DNA of 64,000 nucleotides, from NCBI GenBank assembly GCA_963717465.1, contig OY970340.1, forward strand, positions 1,376,001 to 1,440,000, given 5' to 3'. Of this stretch, positions 19,758 through 28,693 are shown piece after piece. The translations under genes and the position numbers were made by a program. The notes beneath the pieces are model-generated. The model was given only the letters and a program-made list of their open reading frames with translations. It had not been told where the DNA came from and made no database searches. How positions within the stretch are numbered: the stretch's first letter is position 1; the number at the start of each line of letters is the position of its first letter. The stretch is from Candidatus Bathyarchaeota archaeon (GTDB taxonomy: Archaea > Thermoproteota > Bathyarchaeia > Bathyarchaeales > Bathycorpusculaceae).

Positions 19758-21096
19758 TATTTCTAATTTTAAACAATGGTTAACGGAATTAGAGCGGTGT
19801 TCCAAGAAGTACCAAAAATATGGGTCCTTAAAACCGACACAAGTACAACTACTTGAGCAGGTATTCACGAATATAATTTCAAATAAGTACAAGGTTGTTA
19901 GCTATACCGCTCCTCCTTCATCAGGAAAGACCCATGTTATAGCTCTTTGTTCCTCTTACTTGTGTAAAAATGGGTTTGATACATGCATAGTTACGCCAAA
20001 CGGCGAATTAAAGTCCGATTTCGCCAAAGAAATGCTGGAAGTAGATGTAGGAATTAAACTTTCAATTCCAATCGAATCCATAAGCAGTTACCGCAAGAAA
20101 AAAGAGAATTTTGACTACGTATTTGTTGATGAAGCTCACAATCTTCGTTCATCGATAGAAATAGACGAATCTATAGTTAAAACCTTCCATTTTGAAGAAG
20201 GCGAAGAGCTTTTTGATTTCGTGACTTCAGGAGTTGACCAGAAGAATTATGTTGTTAGGGAGTTAGGGATAGAAAGCTCTTCAGAAATATTACATAAAAT
20301 GTTAGAGATCGAACCTTTTAAAAAAGACGCAAGAAATCTCCTTAGGAAGCTCACTCAATGGAGGGCTTTCTACATTGGATATCAAAAATCTTGCAGTCTA
20401 AGGTTCCTTTTAGTCGATCCTCAAAAAAGGAGCATATTACCAAAAGGCAGATTGTTCTTGTTTTCAGCAACACGATTGGAAGAGAGAGAACTTACATTTT
20501 ATTGTAATATTCCTCCTGATTGTCTCATAACAATCGGAGAAAAAAAGACCCGCTTTGTTCCAAAAGAGAATATTCATTACAGCTTCTTGCATCTAGAAAA
20601 TAATGATGCGAAGATTGCAGCTTCTTTCGCATTATTAAATATGGCTAGAGTGCGAACACTAATTTTGCTTAATAACAATTGCAATTGTTTATTATGGAAA
20701 AATGCGCTTAATAAGAAATTTGCCGATAGACTGACAGTTGTGCAGTCAGGTTTAACATATTTAGAAAGAATGAAGGCTTTTAAAACGTTTGATGAAGGTG
20801 ACGCAAAAATACTCGTAACCTCTTCAAATGTTTACTGGGAAGGCATAACGATAAAGAATTTGAAATTACTTATTATTCCATATAATCCATTTCCCCAACC
20901 GTCAATTATTGAACTATCCGAGCGAAAAAACCCTGATTACCAAAAAATAGCAAACAGGCGTTTGGTCCAAGGCATAGGTCGCATTGGCAGGAAACCTGAA
21001 GAAACAGGTCTATGCGTTTTGCTTTTCCGTCCATCGAAAATGTTTCGATACGTTAAAGAAAGCACTTTAATAGAGCTTCTAAAGTTGTATTTGTGA
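19723..21096 (+). CDS. Second DinG-like SF2 helicase (compact, no obvious Fe-S Cys cluster)
   Basis: LKPTQ, APPSSGKT, VDEAHNL, FSAT, YWEGITI, PFP, VQGIGRIGR. Confidence 0.85.
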   Translation: MQNSRNQFSTSSISNFKQWLTELERCSKKYQKYGSLKPTQVQLLEQVFTNIISNKYKVVSYTAPPSSGKTHVIALCSSYLCKNGFDTCIVTPNGELKSDFAKEMLEVDVGIKLSIPIESISSYRKKKENFDYVFVDEAHNLRSSIEIDESIVKTFHFEEGEELFDFVTSGVDQKNYVVRELGIESSSEILHKMLEIEPFKKDARNLLRKLTQWRAFYIGYQKSCSLRFLLVDPQKRSILPKGRLFLFSATRLEERELTFYCNIPPDCLITIGEKKTRFVPKENIHYSFLHLENNDAKIAASFALLNMARVRTLILLNNNCNCLLWKNALNKKFADRLTVVQSGLTYLERMKAFKTFDEGDAKILVTSSNVYWEGITIKNLKLLIIPYNPFPQPSIIELSERKNPDYQKIANRRLVQGIGRIGRKPEETGLCVLLFRPSKMFRYVKESTLIELLKLYL

Positions 21097-21313
21097 CTTT
21101 TCAAGCATTTAGCGAATAACAGCGCTCTACTATATGCTTGAAAGGTGTATTACCAATTTCTGTTTGAAGAAACGATTAATAGAACAAACATGAACACAGC
21201 GACTGCCAATGTTTCCCATTTTATTGAGACATTTTCAAGCCACAGAATTCCAGTTAAAAGCATGAATATTACGCAAAGAATTGCAAAAAGCGTATTTAAA
21301 TTGTTTCTTCTCA

Positions 21314-22387
21314 TCATTTTAATAGCTTCCGTTTCTCAAAATCCTTGGTTCCTTCGTAGCATGCTTTTCTCTTTATATAGTGGTCTACTGAACAGTTGGA
21401 ATAACTGACACAAGCGTCAATATTTTCCATTAGTGGTGTTATCTTTAAAATCTTATTTTTAATATAGTTGTTAAGATCAGTCTTGCTAGCATTGGGCAAA
21501 TAATTGATGAAATCGCGGAAAGCCCAATAATAACGTATAAAATTTATTTCATCCAATGCGAGGTTTTCTATATCGCGTTCATGCCATTTGAGGATGTGTG
21601 GCTCAATTGTTTTGTTTTTTACTTCCTTCTTGACTGCCCTGATAAGTTCGCGAACGTGTCTTTGCAGTGTGCTCATGTGCATGACTTTGACTCCCGTGAA
21701 AAGGCTGATATTCTTCTTTATTTTTTTCTTGAATTCTGGGACAAGTAGGATTAACTGATCTTGTAGGAAATATGAAAGCAGAGGTAAGAATACATTATCC
21801 CTTGTCTCTCCGAATAGATTAGATTGGGCATTATAATATCCCGCCTTATCATGCAAGGTTACACTACTATCCTGAACCATCGAAAGTGGATGAACAACGG
21901 TGTCTGAATTCAATTTGACTATAGTTGGGAAATCATCGTAATAATTTCCGCTTAATAAAATGGGACAGTTCTCTTTGTAGTGCCCGAGCAGTAAAACGCC
22001 AAGTTTATTGTTTTTTTGCACTTGTTCATACAAACCTGCAAGAAAATACGTATTGAGCTTCTCAAAAGGATAATCAAATCCACCTTTGAATGACAAAACG
22101 AGTGAGCACTCCGAGTTTTTTTTCTCGTGCTCGATTTTTGCTTTAAACATGTCGACATAGTCTTCGCCAGCTTCACTTAAAATTTTAACAATATCGAGTC
22201 CATTGAGTTCTTGAGGCAAGTGAATTACGGTCTCTACTAAAGAAGATGTATCCTCTTTAAAACTGGTTCTAACAGTGAAAGCTTTCTCAACCTCTAGAAT
22301 GTATTCGTCATCAGTGATTTTTTTCCATCCAAATCTATCCGTAAACTCACGGATCATTTTGTCCAAATTATTAATCATATTAATCAC
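21314..22387 (-). CDS. Hypothetical protein (357 aa)
   Basis: Long intact ORF; no motif recognised. Confidence 0.7.
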   Translation of the reverse strand: MINMINNLDKMIREFTDRFGWKKITDDEYILEVEKAFTVRTSFKEDTSSLVETVIHLPQELNGLDIVKILSEAGEDYVDMFKAKIEHEKKNSECSLVLSFKGGFDYPFEKLNTYFLAGLYEQVQKNNKLGVLLLGHYKENCPILLSGNYYDDFPTIVKLNSDTVVHPLSMVQDSSVTLHDKAGYYNAQSNLFGETRDNVFLPLLSYFLQDQLILLVPEFKKKIKKNISLFTGVKVMHMSTLQRHVRELIRAVKKEVKNKTIEPHILKWHERDIENLALDEINFIRYYWAFRDFINYLPNASKTDLNNYIKNKILKITPLMENIDACVSYSNCSVDHYIKRKACYEGTKDFEKRKLLK

Positions 22388-22809
22388 AAATTAAACATAA
22401 TTTGCGCTCCAATATTTAATAATTTCGTAAGGCAATAATCAAATTGAATGCTAGACAATACGTATGAAAAATGGCTTAAAAGAGTATCGCGTCAGCCCAT
22501 GCGCGATGCAACTGGCGCAGCACCTACTGAAAGCCAATTCACCGGGATTTCTCCGATTTTCGCCACGTTCGTCCTGCTGGGATGCTCACCAGCGATACGA
22601 TCGTCCGTGCCGAAATCCGTTCGGCATATCCATTTTTTCTTTCGCCTGTAGGACTTGCAGGACAAGGTTTTGGTTAATGTTTTCCTTCCGACCCTTTCTG
22701 AAACAAAGGTCAAAAAGTGTGCCTCGCAGGTCTCACAAATGAACGACTTTTGCAGCCGTGTTGGCCTCGGCTACGTAAGTTGTCAGCTGGTACCGCTTGG
22801 TCAATTGCT

Positions 22810-23123
22810 AGGGGCTTTGTGCAGGAGAGGCTTTCGCTACCGGATCCATTATGACGGAGACAGGACTGACATAGCCTTCCCAAGCAAAAAGGTGGCAGTA
22901 TTCATAGATGGCTGCTTTTGGCATGAGTGCCCCATTCACTCCCATCAACCAAAGTCAAACCGAGCTTATTGGCTGCCAAAATTGAAAAAGAATATTCAAG
23001 AGACACTCCAACAAATGAGCGATTAAACGCTGAAGGGAGAGTAGTTTGCGATTTTGGGAGCATGAGATAGATGATATAGATTGCATTGTTAACAGAATTG
23101 CGGCTGCACTAAATTCAAATTGA
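22810..23123 (+). pseudogene. vsr: Vsr very-short-patch repair endonuclease, truncated and frameshifted
   Basis: GFRYR...DIAFPSKKVAVFIDGCFWH.CP.H...PKSNRAYWLPKLKKN, then LRFWEHE in another frame. Confidence 0.85.
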
Positions 23124-23124
23124 A

Positions 23125-23316
23125 TTATTGCTCTGCGCTTTCTATTAGGAGACGCTTGTTTTCTACATCGATTTTGACTTTGACTTTCTGGTTTGGCTTG
23201 AAGGGGAAGGCCGAATCGTTTGACACCTGCCTCGGAATGTAAACATAAAACTTGTCGTACATCTTCCTGCCCGTCTGCGTGGGTCTGTTTACCAGCTTTG
23301 ATTCTGATTCCAACAT
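23125..23316 (-). CDS. Small AbrB/SpoVT-like DNA-binding protein
   Basis: FYVYIPRQV...FPFKPNQKVKVKID...LLIE pattern. Confidence 0.6.
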   Translation of the reverse strand: MLESESKLVNRPTQTGRKMYDKFYVYIPRQVSNDSAFPFKPNQKVKVKIDVENKRLLIESAEQ

Positions 23317-23439
23317 CGTGAATCCTAAATTGGTGTAGCGGCTTGTTCCCCATAAGTGGCTTTTAAGATACCAAAATAGGAAACAATTTGATATACCAAA
23401 ATGGTAGATTTTATTAAGCGAGGTAGCGATTAAAAAAGC

Positions 23440-23625
23440 GTGAAAGGGGGAGGTAGAATGGATCTAAAAACAGAAAGCGGCAAAACCACGCGTAAGGGTA
23501 TGGCGCTGATTTCCCGAATCATTTTTATGCTTTTGGGCATTGGCACCATTGCAGCTCTTGTCTCAACTGTCACGCTTAATTTGTTAAACCCAAATTACTT
23601 ACATTTCACTAACGGCGCCACCTAG
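23440..23625 (+). CDS. Small membrane protein
   Basis: Single TM; GGAGGT SD before ATG 23458. Confidence 0.45.
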   Translation: MKGGGRMDLKTESGKTTRKGMALISRIIFMLLGIGTIAALVSTVTLNLLNPNYLHFTNGAT

Positions 23626-23631
23626 GCTCAA

Positions 23632-23910
23632 TTGGCAGCTCGCAGCTTTTCCTTTTCCGCATTTCTGGCATTTCTTGCAGTAGATGATATTGCGATGCTT
23701 TCGTGGTCAATAAGGCAGGTTCTATTGCGTCGGGGACCGATTTCACGGCCTATTTTTGCGGCTTTAATAATATTTGCATCCATCTTTTTTGTTCTTGCTC
23801 AGATTGAAACCACTGTTTTAGTCGCGGTCAGTTCCATTATTCTTTTGGCGCTTGACGTGATAGCGGTGCTCCTTTGGGCGCTCCTCTGGTTCGTGCGCAA
23901 ATACGCCTGA
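23632..23910 (+). CDS. Small 3-TM membrane protein
   Basis: Hydrophobic 92-aa ORF directly after the previous ORF. Confidence 0.45.
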   Translation: MAARSFSFSAFLAFLAVDDIAMLSWSIRQVLLRRGPISRPIFAALIIFASIFFVLAQIETTVLVAVSSIILLALDVIAVLLWALLWFVRKYA

Positions 23911-24087
23911 TGCCCCCGCAATGTACGCTGTATTTGGGCATGAAGGCCTTCAATTTTCTGGGGGGTATAAAGGGAAAGGCCTTCACGATTTTAACTAATC
24001 ATTAGAACATATAAAATACAATAAATAAACTGCAAGTTGACTTATTCTACAGCATCCAACCGGCGACAGGCCTTTGCCCTATAACTT

Positions 24088-24351
24088 TCAATGTCTATAG
24101 TGTTTGTAGGCAAAGTCGCGGCATGCGGCATTGCCCGGATCGACATGCTTGATTTTCTTTTTGCAGTAATTCCTGCGGGAGGCAACCAACAGCTTCTTCA
24201 TCGGCGACCCACGTGCTGGAGGTTCATGCGCCTTGTTTTCAGCGACAAAATGCTTGCAGTCTCCGCACGCGTTATCTTGCCACCTTGGCCCAAGAGCGTG
24301 GTCTCTTTCTCGTGCTTTATCTCTAAGTGTATCCCGACTCAAGACGAACAT
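24088..24351 (-). CDS. Small Cys-rich (zinc-binding?) protein
   Basis: CGDCKHF...NYC...AACRDF. Confidence 0.5.
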   Translation of the reverse strand: MFVLSRDTLRDKARERDHALGPRWQDNACGDCKHFVAENKAHEPPARGSPMKKLLVASRRNYCKKKIKHVDPGNAACRDFAYKHYRH

Positions 24352-24463
24352 ACCTCTGAACTATGGGACCGAAAGTTAGCGCGGCGCGCCTTTCCATTAG
24401 AATTTGGGAAAATAATGGATTCATGTCTATGTATACACTGCGTACACAAACAGTTATGTTTTT

Positions 24464-24608
24464 TGGCGGGCGGGGAGGGATTCGAACCCTCGACCCCCAA
24501 CTTAGGAGGCTGGTGCTCTGTCCGTAAATCCTACAAAACAAACCTCGACCACCACAAATCTGGAAGAGGAGGCAAAGGAGGATTTAATCCGTGCTGAGCT
24601 ACTCGCCC
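24464..24608 (-). tRNA. tRNA-Arg(CCT) with a ~67-nt D-loop intron
   Basis: GGGCGAG TA GCTC..GAGC, anticodon arm CCAGC-CTCCTAA-GTTGG, T arm GAGGG-TTCGAAT-CCCTC, encoded CCA; intron closed by a TAAATCCT/AGGATTTA helix. Confidence 0.92.
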
Positions 24609-24780
24609 ATGAGCCACAATCAACAAAGCAACTATCTATAGAAACCTTACTGAAAATAAAAAAAGTTTTAAACTATTTAGAAGCCAAAGGCAGAAGTGAA
24701 AACACACGAAACGGCGTAGAAAACACATCAAACAATAGCGCAAAGAGCAAACTTGCAACCCTGCAGAAGTAGAATTAGTA
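24608..24780 (+). pseudogene. Possible N-terminal remnant of a tyrosine integrase
   Basis: KIKKVLNYLEAKGRSENTRNGVE... then shifted ...NPAEVELV; resembles a core-binding domain start next to a tRNA. Confidence 0.45.
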
Positions 24781-24797
24781 GGTTTAATTTTGTTTGT

Positions 24798-25988
24798 TTA
24801 TTTAGAAACTGTAGGTGGAGGAGGCGGGGGAGTGGCACCACTTGGTTTTCTGAATTTTAAGAAGTATACTCCGATAAGAAGGACCACGATTACAACAACT
24901 ACTATCACTGCTACAATGATACCCGTCGAGCTGGAACTGTTCGCATTGGGAGATGTGTTTGAACTGGAAGAGGATGAACCGCTAGGATTAGATGAGCCTG
25001 TTTTAAAAGATGAATCAGACAGTACAACCACTTGGTTAGCAGAAGTAGTTACAAAGATTTCGTTTCTGGTTTTGTCGTAGGCTAACTCCTGAGGCGTATT
25101 AGTCAAGCTAACGATTGAAGAAACAGTGGTAGCTGTGTCTGGAAGTATTGAAATTGTTGTGCCGTTCGCGATGATTATATCTCCTTTGGCATAATCGTAA
25201 GTTAAGGCACCCGGAGTTGCCTGAAAGTCGCCTGGTCCCACATTGATTTGTTCAACGGTTGAATTAGAGGCGTCACTTATGACATTAACTCTGCCGACTC
25301 CTCCAGCAGCACTTTCATAGATGTAGCCTTTACCTGAATCGTAAGCTAAATTAAAACTGACATATTGGAGCATTGTAATGTTTTCTACAACTGAATTACT
25401 AGCATCAGATATAATGGACACATCAAACGAATAAGCCTCGGAGACAAAGATCTCACCCTTACCAGAATCATAAACCAAGCCTCCAGCATCTGTAAACGGT
25501 ATTTGAGTAATAACCGAGTTGGTTGTATCATTGATAACGTTAACCCCGTCACTTAAACCGGTGAATATTTCGCCTTTGGCTGAATCATAAGCCATTCCAC
25601 AGCCCACATAATCAATGGATCCGACAACTCCTGGTATAGTTGCGACAACTTCGTTAGTGGTGTCATTTATAACTGATAATGCACCGGAGTATAAACCTGA
25701 CACAAATACCTCGCCTTTACCTGAATCATAGACTATGTTTGCAGGATAGGATACAGTTATGTTTGCAACTATAGTGTTATTGGTGTCTGAAATAACTTGA
25801 ACCATGTTGGCATCTGTTTCGACAACGAATACTTCCCCTTTGCCAGAATCATAAGCTATTGCGCCTGGTGAACTTCCAACTGCTATCGTAGTGGTTGAAG
25901 TAGAATCAGCATGAACCCAACCAACCATCGGCATGGCAAAAACCATAGTAAACATTAACCCTAAAATTACACAAGCTTTAACTCTCAT
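24798..25988 (-). CDS. YncE/YVTN beta-propeller surface protein
   Basis: Signal peptide, about 7 repeats of AYDSGKGE(V/I)FV...V.VISD..N.VV, Ser linker, C-terminal TM and poly-Pro tail. Confidence 0.9.
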   Translation of the reverse strand: MRVKACVILGLMFTMVFAMPMVGWVHADSTSTTTIAVGSSPGAIAYDSGKGEVFVVETDANMVQVISDTNNTIVANITVSYPANIVYDSGKGEVFVSGLYSGALSVINDTTNEVVATIPGVVGSIDYVGCGMAYDSAKGEIFTGLSDGVNVINDTTNSVITQIPFTDAGGLVYDSGKGEIFVSEAYSFDVSIISDASNSVVENITMLQYVSFNLAYDSGKGYIYESAAGGVGRVNVISDASNSTVEQINVGPGDFQATPGALTYDYAKGDIIIANGTTISILPDTATTVSSIVSLTNTPQELAYDKTRNEIFVTTSANQVVVLSDSSFKTGSSNPSGSSSSSSNTSPNANSSSSTGIIVAVIVVVVIVVLLIGVYFLKFRKPSGATPPPPPPTVSK

Positions 25989-26459
25989 AACCTTGACCTA
26001 CCCCTTTCGTAAAGGAGCGATAACCCGAAATTAAATTTAAAGTTATCGCTAAAACACATACTTTCCATTACATTAAAGTAAATGCAAATTAAACTTTAGT
26101 GCACTATTTGATTTCTTCTTTGCAATTACTCGCACACGACATTTCGTAGCATTCAAACGAGCGATAGCACATTTATTGACCACTCATTCTTCACAAGGTT
26201 CTAAGAATAATTGACTGCTTGTTTGTAGCAACAACATTAAATATGTGAATTAATTTCTAGCTTAATGGAAGCTACTGCTTGATAGTTGTTTTATAGATAG
26301 CTTTTTGGTTGTGTATTTTTTGCTTGAAGTTTTTAAGATTCAAAGAAGTAAAACACAGTTTCTATCTTTCCCGAGAGTTACAAAAGCTGGTTTAGTTAAT
26401 TTTAGAGACGCGAATAAAATGCAGTGTACATGTTGCTTGATTAAGGGGGGACTTCAAAT

Positions 26460-26693
26460 TTGACGACTGAAACTCTTCTGCCTGAATCTTTACCTAAAGA
26501 AATTAGACTTTCTTTTCTTGAGGAACGCAAACGAATTTGGATGGAAATCATTGAAATGTCACAAAACGCTTCAAAAAACGAGAATTCCCCAGAAGGCTTA
26601 GAACATTGGGAAAAAATAAACATTGATGCCAACGAAAGAATAAAAAAAATCAACCAAGAAATAATACTGCTGAGAAGCAATAAATCCTTTTGA
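26460..26693 (+). CDS. Small coiled-coil hypothetical protein
   Basis: 77-aa helical ORF with a G-rich SD-like sequence upstream. Confidence 0.45.
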   Translation: MTTETLLPESLPKEIRLSFLEERKRIWMEIIEMSQNASKNENSPEGLEHWEKINIDANERIKKINQEIILLRSNKSF

Positions 26694-26978
26694 AGCTTTC
26701 AAATTTTAATTGGGGTAGGGTGAGGGATAACCCCTCGCCATAAAGAAGCCTTCTCCCTTTCTCCTTAAAAATATACTATTGCTTTAAGCTTTAAAAGGGA
26801 TATTTCAATAATCGGCATATATCCAATTCTATTTTGCTTGATTCATCCTGCTTTATTCTTGCTTTCTTAAACCATGATCAAAAGGCTGCTAAAACGCCAG
26901 CTAACAAGAACGGCGTACGCATATATGAAAATCTTAAAGCACTCCAAAAACCAACATGTCGACTGTTTCAGCGATCCC

Positions 26979-27368
26979 TTAGACTTCTGGTTTTGGTTTA
27001 CTAGTCTCCAAGCTGATTCTTTCTGCATCCTTTATAAGCCTTAACAGCTCTGGCTTTAAAACTTCAAAATTTCTCACTTTTACATGGCGCACGTTTCCTC
27101 GTTTTTCCCTGATTTCGCCCGTCTTCAGCAGGTCTGAGTCAAGGCTTCCACCCATAAAAAACTCCAAGTCAACATGGTCCTTAGCCTGTGTTAACCAAAC
27201 GAAATCTTTGCTATCCAGTGTAAAAGTAATTTTTCCCTGCCGAACAATCTCCCCAGCCTCAGGAACAGCACTCTTAATCAATGCCCGAAGCTTCTGTGTA
27301 ATCTCCTTCTGTTTCAATTCAAGGCTGTCAAGAACTTCTTCAACAGTCCTTTTCACTTTTTTAACCAT
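26979..27368 (-). CDS. DUF1801 (YdhG-like) protein
   Basis: KLRALIKSAVPEA.E...HVDLEF..G..L...RHVK pattern. Confidence 0.75.
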   Translation of the reverse strand: MVKKVKRTVEEVLDSLELKQKEITQKLRALIKSAVPEAGEIVRQGKITFTLDSKDFVWLTQAKDHVDLEFFMGGSLDSDLLKTGEIREKRGNVRHVKVRNFEVLKPELLRLIKDAERISLETSKPKPEV

Positions 27369-27517
27369 ACAAAATAAACTTTGTTTCACACGTTATTATT
27401 GCTTCCTTTTTGCATTCTGCAACTGAAGACACTCGCCAAACTCCACTTGGTCAATACGGAAATTTTGAGAGAATGCAAAAAACTTAAACAATACCCTGCT
27501 GTCAAATAGGTGCTGGT

Positions 27518-27637
27518 GCGAGGGTATCCGAGCCAGGTCTAAATAGGCGGCCAGATCATGAAAGCCTAAGATATGGAGGAGGACTTAAGATCCTCTGGCG
27601 TTGGCCTTCGTGGGTTCAAGTCCCACCCCTCGCACCA
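27518..27637 (+). tRNA. tRNA-Leu(TAA) with a 32-nt D-loop intron (27543-27574)
   Basis: GCGAGGG/CCCTCGC acceptor stem, GAGGA-CTTAAGA-TCCTC anticodon arm, long variable arm, CCA; bulge-helix-bulge GTCT-AAA-TAGGC...GCCTA-AGAT-ATG. Confidence 0.93.
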
Positions 27638-27884
27638 CCATAGAAAAAAACGCGTGGGTTTATTATAGCGATGTTTCCCGCTTTCAAAATATAATCAAAG
27701 CTTTTTTCCTGGACAATTTGTGCATCCCAAAATCGAACACAGATTCGAAGACTGATTCAATCAGTAGATTTGCTAGCTCCTGTTTTTGTAACTTTAGAAA
27801 CAAAGTTATTTTCATGCTTGAACGGCGCTTCTTTCAGCCGAATATGAATTAACTGTTTTTTGAGGGAATAAATGTTTATAAGTA

Positions 27885-27899
27885 TGGTATGGCATACCA
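27885..27899. promoter_or_regulatory. Palindromic operator just downstream of a TATA box
   Basis: TGGTATG-G-CATACCA perfect inverted repeat following TTTATAAG. Confidence 0.55.
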
Positions 27900-27930
27900 C
27901 ATTATAGTTTGCCACAGCGGAAGGTTAGCA

Positions 27931-28549
27931 ATGATGATTAAAGCAAGAAACACGCCTCCAACAATGGGTGAAATTCAATTTAAAGTTCTTGAATATTTAG
28001 GTGAAAACCCTAATTCTTTAATTCTGCCAATTAGTGAAAAAATTGGGTCCGATCGGAAAAACACTTTTGACGCTTTGAAAACTCTTGCAGGGGAAAAAAA
28101 GGGAAAAAAGAGACCGAATAATTTACGTTATAAAAGGAGACATTGTCAAAAATGAGAAAGGAGTACAACTTCAAAGCTGGAAATTGTCTTCTTACGGTGT
28201 TGCTTGTGTTTTCGCTTACTCACAAAAAGAGACTGTAGTTAAAAGAACAGCCCAAAACTATGAGAGTTTTATAGCTCCAGATTATAAAGGCTTATTCTCT
28301 TCGATGGAAAAGGAACTAAATAATTGGTCTCTAATGCAGAAATTATTAAACTTGCTTGGACACACATACCTTTTGTATGGCTCAACAAGTTTAGATAACG
28401 CCACTAGGACTGGATTATTGTCAAAGAATTTTTTTACTCCCCACGAAGTAATAGAACTCAGTCGTATCGTTCCCAAGTTTCAACCATTAAAAGATGAATT
28501 TCAAACAGCAAGGGATCAGCTGGACGCAATTTTGAAAGGTGAAGAATAA
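27931..28549 (+). pseudogene. Winged-HTH protein, frameshifted in an A/G homopolymer tract
   Basis: QFKVLEYL.ENPN....ISEKIG.DRKN.FDALKTL (HTH) continues in the second ORF after GGGAAAAAAAGGGAAAAAAG. Confidence 0.55.
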
Positions 28550-28693
28550 GTTTAAACAACAAATTATTCCTTAAATATTTTTTATTAAGAAGAGGCGAGC
28601 ACTCGAAGGGGATATCTTAGTTCTTATATCTCTTTTTAGCTCTACTCTCAGCGTATTTTGGTGAAGAAGCCTGTGCGAGAATATCCCAAGTTT

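Larger units (their letters stand above)
10478..24489. mobile_element. tRNA-Arg-integrated genomic (defence) island, ~14 kb
   Basis: Flanked by the 26-bp direct repeat of the tRNA 3' end; cargo is nucleases, ATPase, helicases and Argonaute; no intact integrase inside. Confidence 0.85.

Noticed and set aside
24091..24597. 168-aa ORF
   Set aside because: Antisense read-through of the tRNA (GGEGFEPST) and of the 24088 ORF
27601..27852. 83-aa ORF
   Set aside because: Starts inside tRNA-Leu (VGSSPT is the translated T arm)
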